A stretch of 64,000 nucleotides of DNA, from positions 1,178,001 to 1,242,000 of the forward strand of contig OZ024757.1 of the NCBI GenBank assembly GCA_964016885.1, given 5' to 3'. This DNA comes from Eledone cirrhosa. Taxonomy: Eukaryota. Shown in pieces: positions 24,701 through 37,700 of this stretch (positions within the stretch are counted from its first letter, which is position 1; every line of letters starts with the position of its first letter). The notes under the pieces were generated by a model. The model did no database searches. It saw nothing but the letters and a program-made list of their open reading frames with translations, and had not been told where the DNA came from. The translations under genes and the position numbers were made by a program.

Positions 24701-26862
24701 ACCACACCACACCACACCACACCGCACCACACCACACCACACTACACCACCCCACACTACACCACACCACACCACACCACACCACCCCACACTACACCAC
24801 ACCACACTACACCACACCACACCACCCCACACTACACCACACCACACCACCCCACACTACACCACACCACACTACACCACACCACACCACCCCACACTAC
24901 ACCACACCACACCACACCACACCACACCACACTACACCACCCCACACTACACCACACCACACCACACTACACCACACCACACCACCCTACACTACACTAC
25001 ACCACACCACACCACCCCACACTACACTACACCACCCCACACTACACCACACTACACCACACCACACCACACCACACCACACCACACCACACCACACCAA
25101 CCCACACTACACCACACTACACAACACCACACTACACCACACCACACCACCCCACACTACACCACACCACACTACACCACACCACACCACACCACACCAC
25201 ACTACACTACACCACATCACACCACACCACACACCCCACACTACACCACACCACACCACACCACACTACACCACACCACACCACACCACACCACCCCACA
25301 CTACACCACACTACACCACACCACACTACACCACACCACACCACACCACACCACCCCACACAACCACCCCACACTATACCACACAACACTACACCACCCC
25401 ACACCATCCCATCCCACCCACCCCACACCACACTACATCACCACTACACTACACTACACTACGCCACACTACACCACACTACACCACACCACACTACACC
25501 ACACCACACTACACACCACACCACACCACACCACACCACACTACACCACACCACACCACACCACTCCAAACTACACCACACTACACCACACTACACCACA
25601 CTACACCACACTACACCACACCACACTACACTACACTACACCACACCAGACCACACCACCCTACACCACAACAAACCACACCACACCACACCACACTACA
25701 CACCACACAACACCACACTACACCACACCACACCACACCACACCACACCACACCACCCCACCCCACAATACACCACCCCACACTACACCACACTACACCA
25801 CACCACACCACACCACACCACACCACCCCACACTACACACACCACCCCACACTACACCACACCACACCACACCACACCACACTACACCACACTACACCAC
25901 ACCACACTACACCACACCACACTACACCACACCACACCACACCACTCCAAACTACACCACACTACACCACACTACACCACACTACACCACACTACACCAC
26001 ACCACACTACACTACACTACACCACACCAGACCACACCACCCTACACCACAACAAACCACACCACACCACACCACACTACACACCACACAACACCACACT
26101 ACACCACACCACACCACACCACACCACACCACACCACCCCACCCCACAATACACCACCCCACACTACACCACACTACACCACACCACACCACACCACACC
26201 ACACCACCCCACACTACACACACCACCCCACACTACACCACACCACACCACACCACACCACACTACACCACACTACACCACACCACACTACACCACACCA
26301 CACTACACCACACCACACTACACTACACTACACCACACCACACTACACTACACTACACTACACCACACCACACCACACTACACACCACACCACACCACAC
26401 CACACACTACACCACACCACACTACACTACACCACACCACACTACACTACACTACACTACACCACACCACACCACACCACCCCACACCACCCCACACTAC
26501 ACACCACACTACACCACACCAAACTACACCACACCACACTACACCACACCACACTACACCACACCACACTACACCACACCACACTACACCACACCACACT
26601 ACACTACACTACACCACACCACACTATACTACACTGCACTACACCACACCACACCACACTACACACCACACCACACCACACCACACTACACTACACCACA
26701 CCACACTACACCACACCACACCACACCACACTACACCACACCACACCACACCACACCACACCACACCACACCACACTACACTACACTACACTACACTACA
26801 CCACACCACACCACACCACACTACACCACACTACACACCACACAACACCACACACCACCACT
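21796..26862. repeat. Pentanucleotide satellite (CACCA/CACTA/CACCC)n with internal block duplications
   Basis: Seen directly. Identical or near-identical ORF translations recur 381 bp apart (25626/26007) and 811 bp apart (23216/24027). Confidence 0.95.
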
Positions 26863-26951
26863 CAACTCTCTACGGTAGCTCAAACCACTCTGTTGACTTT
26901 ATATAGAAATATTATCACAGATGACCAACACTGGAACATCTGACTTGTAGA

Positions 26952-27404
26952 GACTACCACTACTGCTACTACTACTACTGCTACTACTACTGATACTACT
27001 ACTGCTACTACTGCTACTACTACTGATACTACTACTACTACTGCTACCACTACTACTGCTACTGCTACTACTACTGCTACTGCTACTGCTACTGCTACTA
27101 CTACTACTACTGCTACTACTACTACTACTACCACTACTGCTACTGATACTACTACTGCTACATATACCACTACTGCTACTACTACTGCTACTGCTACTAC
27201 TACTACTGATAATACTACTACTGATACTACTACTACTAGTGTTACTACTACTACTATCACTACTACTACTACTAATACTGCTACTACTACTGCTACTACT
27301 ACTACTACTGCTACCACTGCTACTACTGCTACTACTACTACTATTACTGTAACTACTGCTACTACTACTACTTACTACTACTAGTAGTAGCAGTAACAGT
27401 AGTG

Positions 27405-27447
<43 letters not shown>

Positions 27448-27733
27448 TAATAAGAGTAGTAGTAGTAGTGGTAGTAGTAGTAGTAGTATAGTGGTGGTAG
27501 TAGTATTAGTAGTGGTAGTGATAGTAGTAGTGGTGGTGGTGGTAGTACTAGTAGTAGTAGTAGTAGTATACTACTACTACTGCTACTACTACTAATACTA
27601 CCACTAGTACTACTACTAGTGCTACTACTACTACCACTACTATTACTACCACTACTACTACTACTACTAATACTACTACCACTACTACCACTACTACTAC
27701 CACTACTACTACCACTACTACTACTACCACTAC

Positions 27734-27777
<44 letters not shown>

Positions 27778-28263
27778 GCTACTACTGCTACTACTACCAC
27801 TACTACTACTGCTACTGCTGCTACAACTGCTACTACTACTACCACTACTACTACAACTACTACTACTGTTACTATTACTACTACGACTACTACCACCACC
27901 ACCACACCGCCGCCACCACCAACACCACCACTTCCACCACACCACCACACCACCTCCACCACCACCACCACTAACAACACTACCACCACCACCACCACCC
28001 CTAACAACACAACCACCACCACCACACCACCACACCACCACCACCACCACAAACAACACAACCACCACCAGCACCACCACTAACAACACCACCACCACCA
28101 CTAACAACACCAGCACCACCACCACCACCACTACCACCACCACCATCACCACTAACACCACCACTTCCACCACCATCACCACCACCACCACCACCACCAC
28201 CACCATCACCACCAAATCAACCACTTCCACCACCATCACCCACACCACCACCACCACCACACC

Positions 28264-28294
<31 letters not shown>

Positions 28295-28297
28295 CCC
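26952..28297. repeat. Compound trinucleotide microsatellite (CTA/CTG)n-(TAG)n-(CTA)n-(CCA)n
   Basis: Seen directly. The repeat switches strand at ~27382 and ~27568. Confidence 0.95.
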
Positions 28298-28454
28298 TCG
28301 GGATATTAAAGAAGTAGGTAGGGGTGGGGTACATTATGATAAAAGGCCAACAGTTTTTGGACTTTAAGCTAAAACCTGGCAGACGACTTGAAATCTGTAA
28401 AATGAGGTGTGTTCTGCCAAATTCTCATTATTACATAATACCATGCTTTACTGC

Positions 28455-28580
28455 ATGGAGTTATGGCCTTTTACATTCTGAGTTCAAATCCCGCCTTTCA
28501 TCCTTACAGGGTCGATAAAATAAAGTACCAGTAATACACTGGGTATTTGGCTGGCCTCGTGCCAAAAGTAGAAACAATTG
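28455..28580 (+). mobile_element. Degenerate tRNA-derived SINE of a second family
   Basis: B box GAGTTCAAATCC is followed by GCCTTTCATCCTT..GGGTCGATAAAATAAAGTACCAGT, resembling the Meta-type SINE central domain (family assignment from memory, unverified). Confidence 0.55.
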
Positions 28581-28604
28581 TTATATAACATATTGGCGCC
28601 TTTC

Positions 28605-28700
28605 TAGTTGACATGGCTCACAATTTAAAGTTTGTGAGTTCAATTCTTGGACAGGGAGGTCCTTGAGCAAGACACTTTATTTCACCTTGCTCTAGTCCAC
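28605..28700 (+). mobile_element. Degenerate SINE head (same family as 11223-11558) leading into the 45-bp satellite
   Basis: AAAGTTTGTGAGTTCAATTCT resembles the SINE segment AAAGTTGTGAGTTCAATTCT and is followed directly by the first CCTTGAGCAAGACAC monomer. Confidence 0.65.
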
Positions 28701-31700
28701 TGTGTCCTTGAGCAAGACATATTATTTCACATTGCTCCAGTCCACTGTGTCCTTGAGCAAGACACTTTATTTTACCTTGCTCCAGTTTACTGTCTCCTTA
28801 AACAAAACACTTTATTTCACATTGCTCCATTCTATTGTGTCCTTGAGCAAGACATATTATTTCACATTGCTCCAGTCCACTGTGTCCTTGAGCAAGAAAC
28901 TTTATTTCAACTTGCTCCAGTTTACTGTGTCCTTAAACAAAACACTTTATTTCACATTGTTCCAATCTATTGTGTCCTTGAGCAAGACATTATTTCACAT
29001 TGCTCCAGTCTACTGTCTCCTTGAGCAAGAAACTTTATTTCACCTTGCTCCAGTTTACTGTGTCCTTAAACAAAACACTTTATTTCACATTGCTCCAATC
29101 TATTATGTCCTTGAGCAAGACATATTATTTCACATTGCTCCAGTCCACTGTGTCCTTGAGCAAGAAACTTTATTTCACCTTGCTCCAGTTTACTGTGTCC
29201 TTAAACAAAACACTTTATTTCACATTTCTCCAATCTATTGTGTCCTTGAGCTAGACACTTTATTTCACGATGCTCCAGTCCACTGTGTCCTTGAACAAGA
29301 CACTTTATTTCAGGTTGCTCCAGTCCATTGTGTCCTTGAGCAAGACACTTTATTTCACATTGCTCCAGTCCTCTGTGTCCTTGAGCAAGATACTTTCTTT
29401 CACATTGCTCCATCCAGTCCACTGTGTCCTTGAGCAAGACACTTTATTTCATGTTGCTCCAGTCCACTGTCTCCTTGAGCAAGACACTTTATTTCATGTT
29501 GCTCGAGTCCACTGTGTCCTTGAGCAAGACACTTTATTTCACGTTGCTCCACTCCACTGTGTCCTTAAGCAAGACACTTTATTACACATTGCTCCAGTCC
29601 ACTGTGTCCTTGAGCAAGACACTTTATTTCACGTTGTTCCAGTCCACTGTGTACTTGAGCAAGACACTTTATTACAGGTTGTTCCAGTCCACTGTGTCCT
29701 TGAGCAAGACACTTTATTTCATGTTGCTCCAGTCCACTCTGTCCTTGAGCAAGACACTTTATTTCGCATTGCTCCAGTTCACTGTGTCCTTGAGCAAGAC
29801 ACTTTATTTCACATTGCTCCAGTCCACTGTGTCCTTAAGCAAGACACTATATTTCACATTGCTCCAGTCCACTGTGTCCTTGAGCAAGACACTTTATTTC
29901 ACATTGCTCCAGTCCTCTGTGTCTCCTTGAGCAAGACACTTTATTTCATGTTGCTCCAGTCCACTGTGTCCTTGAGCAAGACACTTTATTTCAAGTTGCT
30001 CCAGTCCACTGTGTCCTTGAGCAAGACACTTTCTTTCACGTTGCTCCACTCCACTGTGTACTTAAGCAAGACACTTTATTACACATTACTCCAGTCCACT
30101 GTGTCCTTGAGCAAGACACTTTATTTCACATTGCTCCAGTTCACTGTGTCCTTGAGCAAGACACTTTATTTCACATTGATCCAGTCCTCTGTGTCTCCTT
30201 GAGCAAGACACTTTATTTCATGTTGCTCCAGGCCACTGTGTCCTTGAGCAAGACACTTTATTTCATCTTGCTCCAGTCCACTGTGTCCTTGAGCAAGACA
30301 CTTTATTTCGCATTGCTCCAGTTCACTGTGTCCTTGAGCAAGACACTTTATTTCATGTTGCTCCAGTCCACTGTGTCCTTGAGCAAGACACTTTATTTCG
30401 CATTGCTCCAGTCCACTGTGTACTTGAGCAAGACACTTTATTACAGGTTGTTCCAGTCCACTGTGTCCTTGAGCAAGACACTTTATTTCATGTTGCTCCA
30501 GTCCACTCTGTCCTTGAGCAAGACACTTTATTTCGCATTGCTCCAGTTCACTGTGTCCTTGAGCAAGACACTTTATTTCACATTGCTCCAGTTTACTGTG
30601 TCCTTAAACAAAACACTTTATTTCACATTTCTCCAGTCTATTGTGTCCTTGAGCTAGACACTTTATTTCACGTTGCTCCAGTCCACTGTGTCCTTGAACA
30701 AGACACTTTATTTCAGGTTGCTCCAGTCCACTGTGTCCTTGAGCAGGACACTTTATTTCACATTGCTCCAGTCCACTGTGTCCTTGAGCAAGATACTTTA
30801 TTTCACATTGCTCCAGTCCACTGTGTCCTTGAGCAAGACACTTTATTTCATGTTGCTCCAGTCCACTGTCTCCTTGAGCAAGACACTTTATTTCATGTTG
30901 CTCCAGTCCACTGTGTCCTTGAGCAAGACACTTTATTTCACGTTGCTCCACTCCACTGTGTCCTTAAGCAAGACACTTTATTACACATTGCTCCAGTTCA
31001 CTGTGTCCTTGAGCAAGACACTTTATTTCACGTTGTTCCAGTCCACTGTGTACTTGAGCAAGACACTTTATTACAGGTTGTTCCAGTCCACTGTGTCCTT
31101 GAGCAAGACACTTTATTTCATGTTGCGCCAGTCCACTCTGTCCTTGAGCAAGACACTTTATTTCATCTTGCTCCAGTCCACTGTGTCCTTGAGCAAGACA
31201 CTTTATTTCACATTGCTCCAGTCCACTGTGTCCTTGAGCAAGACACTTTATTTCACATTGCTCCAGTTCACTGTGTCCTTGAGCAAGACACTTTATTTCA
31301 CATTGATCCAGTCCTCTGTGTCTCCTTGAGCAAGACACTTTATTTCATGTTGCTCCAGTCCACTGTGTCCTTGAGCAAGACACTTTATTTCAGGTTGCTC
31401 CAGTCCACTGTGTCCTTGAGCAAGACACTTTATTTCACGTTGCTCCACTCCACTGTGTCCTTAAGCAAGACACTTTATTACACATTGCTCCAGTCCACTG
31501 TGTCCTTGAGCAAGACACTTTATTTCACGTTGTTCCAGTCCACTGTGTACTTGAGCAAGACACTTTATTACAGGTTGTTCCAGTCCACTGTGTCCTTGAG
31601 CAAGACACTTTATTTCATGTTGCGCCAGTCCACTCTGTCCTTGAGCAAGACACTTTATTTCATCTTGCTCCAGTCCACTGTGTCCTTGAGCAAGACACTT

Positions 31701-34700
31701 TATTTCACATTGCTCCAGTTTACTGTGTCCTTAAACAAAACACTTTATTTCACATTTCTCCAATCTATTGTGTCCTTGAGCTAGACACTTTATTTCACGT
31801 TGCTCCACTCCACTGTGTCCTTGAACAAGACACTTTATTTCAGGTTGCTCCAGTCCACTGTGTCCTTGAGCAAGACACTTTATTTCACATTGCTCCAGTT
31901 CACTGTGTCCTTGAGCAAGACACTTTATTTCACATTGATCCAGTCCTCTGTGTCTCCTTGAGCAAGACACTTTATTTCATGTTGCTCCAGTCCACTGTGT
32001 CCTTGAGCAAGACACTTTATTTCAGGTTGCTCCAGTCCACTGTGTCCTTGAGCAAGACACTTTATTTCACGTTGTTCCAGTCCACTGTGTACTTGAGCAA
32101 GACACTTTATTACAGGTTGTTCCAGTCCACTGTGTCCTTAAGCAAGACACTTTATTTCATGTTGCTCCACTCCACTGTGTCCTTGAGCAAGACACTTTAT
32201 TTCACATTGCTCCAGTCCACTGTGTCCTTGAGCAAGACACTTTATTTCACATTGCTCCAGTTCACTGTGTCCTTGAGCAAGACACTTTATTTCACATTGA
32301 TCCAGTCCTCTGTGTCTCCTTGAGCAAGACACTTTATTTCATGTTGCTCCAGTCCACTGTGTCCTTGAGCAAGACACTTTATTTCAGGTTGCTCCAGTCC
32401 ACTGTGTCCTTGAGCAAGACACTTTATTTCACGTTGTTCCAGTCCACTGTGTACTTGAGCAAGACACTTTATTACAGGTTGTTCCAGTCCACTGTGTCCT
32501 TAAGCAAGACACTTTATTTCATGTTGCTCCACTCCACTGTGTCCTTGAGCAAGACACTTTATTTCACATTGCTCCAGTCCACTGTGTCCTTGAGCAAGAC
32601 ACTTTATTTCACATTGCTCCAGTTCACTGTGTCCTTGAGCAAGACACTTTATTTCACATTGATCCAGTCCTCTGTGTCTCCTTGAGCAAGACACTTTATT
32701 TCATGTTGCTCCAGTCCACTGTGTCCTTGAGCAAGACACTTTATTTCACGTTGCTCCACTCCACTGTGTCCTTAAGCAAGACACTTTATTACACATTGCT
32801 CCAGTCCACTGTGTCCTTGAGCAAGACACTTTATTTCACATTGCTCCAGTTCACTGTGTCCTTGAGCAAGACACTTTATTTCACATTGATCCAGTCCTCC
32901 GTGTCTCCTTGAGCAAGACACTTTATTTCATGTTGCTCCAGTCCACTGTGTCCTTGAGCAAGACACTTTATTTCATGTTGCTCCAGTCCACTGTGTCCTT
33001 GAGCAAGACACTTTATTTCGCATTGCTCCAGTCCACTGTGTCCTTGAGCAAGACACTTTATTTCATGTTGCTCCAGTCCACTCTGTGCTTGAGCAAGACA
33101 CTTTATTTCGCATTGCTCCAGTTCACTGTGTTCTTGAGCAAGACACTTTATTTCACATTGCTCCAGTTTACTGTGTCCTTAAACAAAACACTTTATTTCA
33201 CATTTCTCCAATCTATTGTGTCCTTGAGCTAGACACTTTATTTCACGTTGCTCCAGTCCACTGTGTCCTTGAGCAAGACACTTTATTTCAGGTTGCTCCA
33301 GTCCACTGTGTCCTTGAGCAAGACACTTTATTTCACATTGCTCCAGTTTACTGTGTCCTTAAACAAAACACTTTATTTCACATTTCTCCAATCTATTGTG
33401 TCCTTGAGCTAGACACTTTATTTCACGTTGTTCCAGTCCACTGTGTCCTTGAGCAGGACACTTTATTTCACATTGCTCCAGTCCACTGTGTCCTTGAGCA
33501 AGATACTTTATTTCACATTGCTCCAGTCCACTGTGTCCTTGAGCAAGACACTTTATTTCATGTTGCTCCAGTCCACTGTCTCCTTGAGCAAGACACTTTA
33601 TTTCATGTTGCTCCAGTCCACTGTGTCCTTGAGCAAGACACTTTATTTCACGTTGCTCCACTCCACTGTGTCCTTAAGCAAGACACTTTATTACACATTG
33701 CTCCAGTCCACTGTGTCCTTGAGCAAGACACTATATTTCACGTTGTTCCAGTCCACTGTGTACTTGAGCAAGACACTTTATTACAGGTTGTTCCAGTCCA
33801 CTGTGTCCTTGAGCAAGACACTTTATTTCATGTTGCTCCAGTCCACTCTGTCCTTGAGCAAGACACTTTATTTCGCATTGCTCCAGTTCACTGTGTCCTT
33901 GAGCAAGACACTTTATTACAGGTTGTTCCAGTCCACTGTGTCCTTGAGCAAGACACTTTATTTCATGTTGCTCCAGTCCACTCTGTCCTTGAGCAAGACA
34001 CTTTATTTCGCATTGCTCCAGTTCACTGTGTCCTTGAGCAAGACACTTTATTTCACATTGCTCCAGTCCACTGTGTCCTTGAGCAAGACACTTTATTTCA
34101 CATTGCTCCAGTTCACTGTGTCCTTGAGCAAGACACTTTATTTCACATTGATCCAGTCCTCTGTGTCTCCTTGAGCAAGACACTTTATTTCATGTTGCTC
34201 CAGTCCACTGTGTCCTTGAGCAAGACACTTTATTTCAGGTTGCTCCAGTCCACTGTGTCCTTGAGCAAGACACTTTATTTCACGTTGCTCCACTCCACTG
34301 TGTCCTTAAGCAAGACACTTTATTACACATTGCTCCAGTCCACTGTGTCCTTGAGCAAGACACTTTATTTCACATTGTTCCAGTCCACTGTGTACTTGAG
34401 CAAGACACTTTATTACAGGTTGTTCCAGTCCACTGTGTCCTTGAGCAAGACACTTTATTTCGTGTTGCATCAGTCCACTCTGTCCTTGAGCAAGGCACTT
34501 TATTTCATCTTGCTCCAGTCCACTGTGTCCTTGAGCAAGACACTTTATTTCACATTGCTCCAGTTTACTGTGTCCTTAAACAAAACACTTTATTTCACAT
34601 TTCTCCAATCTATTGTGTCCTTGAGCTAGACACTTTATTTCACGTTGCTCCACTCCACTGTGTCCTTGAACAAGACACTTTATTTCAGGTTGCTCCAGTC

Positions 34701-37700
34701 CACTGTGTCCTTGAGCAAGACACTTTATTTCACATTGCTCCAGTTCACTGTGTCCTTGAGCAAGACACATTATTTCACATTGATCCAGTCCTCTGTGTCT
34801 CCTTGAGCAAGACACTTTATTTCATGTTGCTCCAGTCCAGTGTGTCCTTGAGCAAGACACTTTATTTCAGGTTGCTCCAGTCCACTGTGTCCTTGAGCAA
34901 GACACTTTATTTCACGTTGTTCCAGTCCACTGTGTACTTGAGCAAGACACTTTATTACAGGTTGTTCCAGTCCACTGTGTCCTTGAGCAAGACACTTTAT
35001 TTCATGTTGCTCCACTCCACTGTGTCCTTGAGCAAGACACTTTATTTCACATTGCTCCAGTCCACTGTGTCCTTGAGCAAGACACTTTATTTCACATTGC
35101 TCCAGTTCACTGTGTCCTTGAGCAAGACACTTTATTTCACATTGATCCAGTCCTCTGTGTCTTCTTGAGCAAGACACTTTATTTCATGTTGCTCCAGTCC
35201 ACTGTGTCCTTGAGCAAGACACTTTATTTCACGTTGCTCCACTCCACTGTGTCCTTAAGCAAGACACTTTATTACACATTGCTCCAGTCCACTGTGTCCT
35301 TGAGCAAGACACTTTATTTCACATTGCTCCACTTCACTGTGTCCTTGAGCAAGACACTTTATTTCACATTGCTCCAGTCCTCCGTGTCTCCTTGAGCAAG
35401 ACACTTTATTTCATGTTGCTCCAGTCCACTGTGTCCTTGAGCAAGACACTTTATTTCATGTTGCTCCAGTCCACTGTGTCCTTGAGCAAGACACTTTATT
35501 TCGCATTGCTCCAGTCCACTGTGTCCTTGAGCAAGACACTTTATTTCATGTTGCTCGAGTCCACTCTGTCCTTGAGCAAGACACTTTATTTCGCATTGCT
35601 CCAGTTCACTGTCTTCTTGAGCAAGACACTTTATTTCACATTGCTCCAGTTTACTGTGTCCTTAAACAAAACACTTTATTTCACATTTCTCCAATCTATT
35701 GTGTCCTTGAGCTAGACACTTTATTTCACGTTGCTCCAGTCCACTGTGTCCTTGAACAAGACACTTTATTTCAGGTTGCTCCAGTCCACTGTGTCCTTGA
35801 GCAGGACACTTTATTTCACATTGCTCCAGTCCACTGTGTCCTTGAGCAAGATACTTTATTTCACATTGCTCCAGTCCACTGTGTCCTTGAGCAAGACACT
35901 TTATTTCATGTTGCTCCAGTCCACTGTGTCCTTGAGCAAGACACTTTATTTCACGTTGCTCCACTCCACTGTGTCCTTAAGCAAGACACTTTATTACACA
36001 TTGCTCCAGTCCACTGTGTCCTTGAGCAAGACACTTTATTTCACGTTGTTCCAGTCCACTGTGTACTTGAGCAAGACACTTTATTACAGGTTGTTCCAGT
36101 CCACTGTGTCCTTGAGCAAGACACTTTATTTCATGTTGCTCCAGTCCACTCTGTCCTTGAGCAAGACACTTTATTTCGCATTGCTCCAGTTCACTGTGTC
36201 CTTGAGCAAGACACTTTATTTCACATTGCTCCAGTCCACTGTGTCCTTAAGCAAGACACTTTATTTCACATTGCTCCAATCCTCTGTGTCTCCTTGAGCA
36301 AGACACTTTATTTCATGTTGCTCCACTCCACTGTGTCCTTGAGCAAGACACTTTATTTCACATTGCTCCAGTCCACTGTGTCCTTGAGCAAGACACTTTA
36401 TTTCACATTGCTCCAGTTCACTGTGTCCTTGAGCAAGACACATTATTTCACATTGATCCAGTCCTCTGTGTCTCCTTGAGCAAGACACTTTATTTCATGT
36501 TGCTCCAGTCCACTGTGTCCTTGAGCAAGACACTTTATTTCAGGTTGCTCCAGTCCACTGTGTCCTTGAGCAAGACACTTTATTTCACGTTGCTCCACTC
36601 CACTGTGTCCTTAAGCAAGACACTTTATTACACATTGCTCCAGTCCACTGTGTCCTTGAGCAAGACACTTTATTTCACGTTGTTCCAGTCCACTGTGTAC
36701 TTGAGCAAGACACTTTATTACAGGTTGTTCCAGTCCACTGTGTCCTTGAGCAAGACACTTTATTTCATGTTGCTCCAGTCCACTCTGTCCTTGAGCAAGA
36801 CACTTTATTTCGCATTGCTCCAGTTCACTGTGTCCTTGAGCAAGACACTTTATTTCACATTGCTCCAGTCCACTGTGTCCTTAAGCAAGAGACTTTATTT
36901 CACATTGCTCCAGACCACTGTGTCCTTGAGCAAGACACTTTATTTCACATTGCTCCAGTCCTCTGTGTCTCCTTGAGCAAGACACTTTACTTCATGTTGC
37001 TCCACTCCACTGTGTCCTTGAGCAAGACACTTTATTTCACATTGCTCCAGTCCACTGTGTCCTTGAGCAAGACACTTTATTTCACATTGCTCCAGTTCAC
37101 TGTGTCCTTGAGCAAGACACTTTATTTCACATTGATCCAGTCCTCTGTGTCTCCTTGAGCAAGACACTTTATTTCACATTGCTCCAGTTTACTGTGTCCT
37201 TAAACAAAACACTTTATTTCACATTTCTCCAATCTATTGTGTCCTTGAGCTAGACACTTTATTTCACGTTGCTCCAGTCCACTGTGTGCTTGAACAAGAC
37301 ACTTTATTTCAGGTTGCTCCAGTCCATTGTGTCCTTGAGCAAGACACTTTATTTCACATTGCTCCAGTCCTCTGTATCCTTGAGCAAGATACTTTCTTTC
37401 ACATTGCTCCATCCAGTCCACTGTGTCCTTGAGCAAGACACTTTATTTCATGTTGCTCCAGTCCACTGTCTCCTTGAGCAAGACACTTTATTTCATGTTG
37501 CTCGAGTCCACTGTGTCCTTGAGCAAGACACTTTATTTCACGTTGCTCCACTCCACTGTGTCCTTAAGCAAGACACTTTATTACACATTGCTCCAGTCCA
37601 CTGTGTCCTTGAGCAAGACACATTATTTCACGTTGTTCCAGTCCACTGTGTACTTGAGCAAGACACTTTATTACAGGTTGTTCCAGTCCACTGTGTCCTT

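Noticed and set aside
21603-28260. VVWCG-, HHTTP- and poly-V/T/S ORFs
   Set aside because: These are translations of penta- and trinucleotide satellites.
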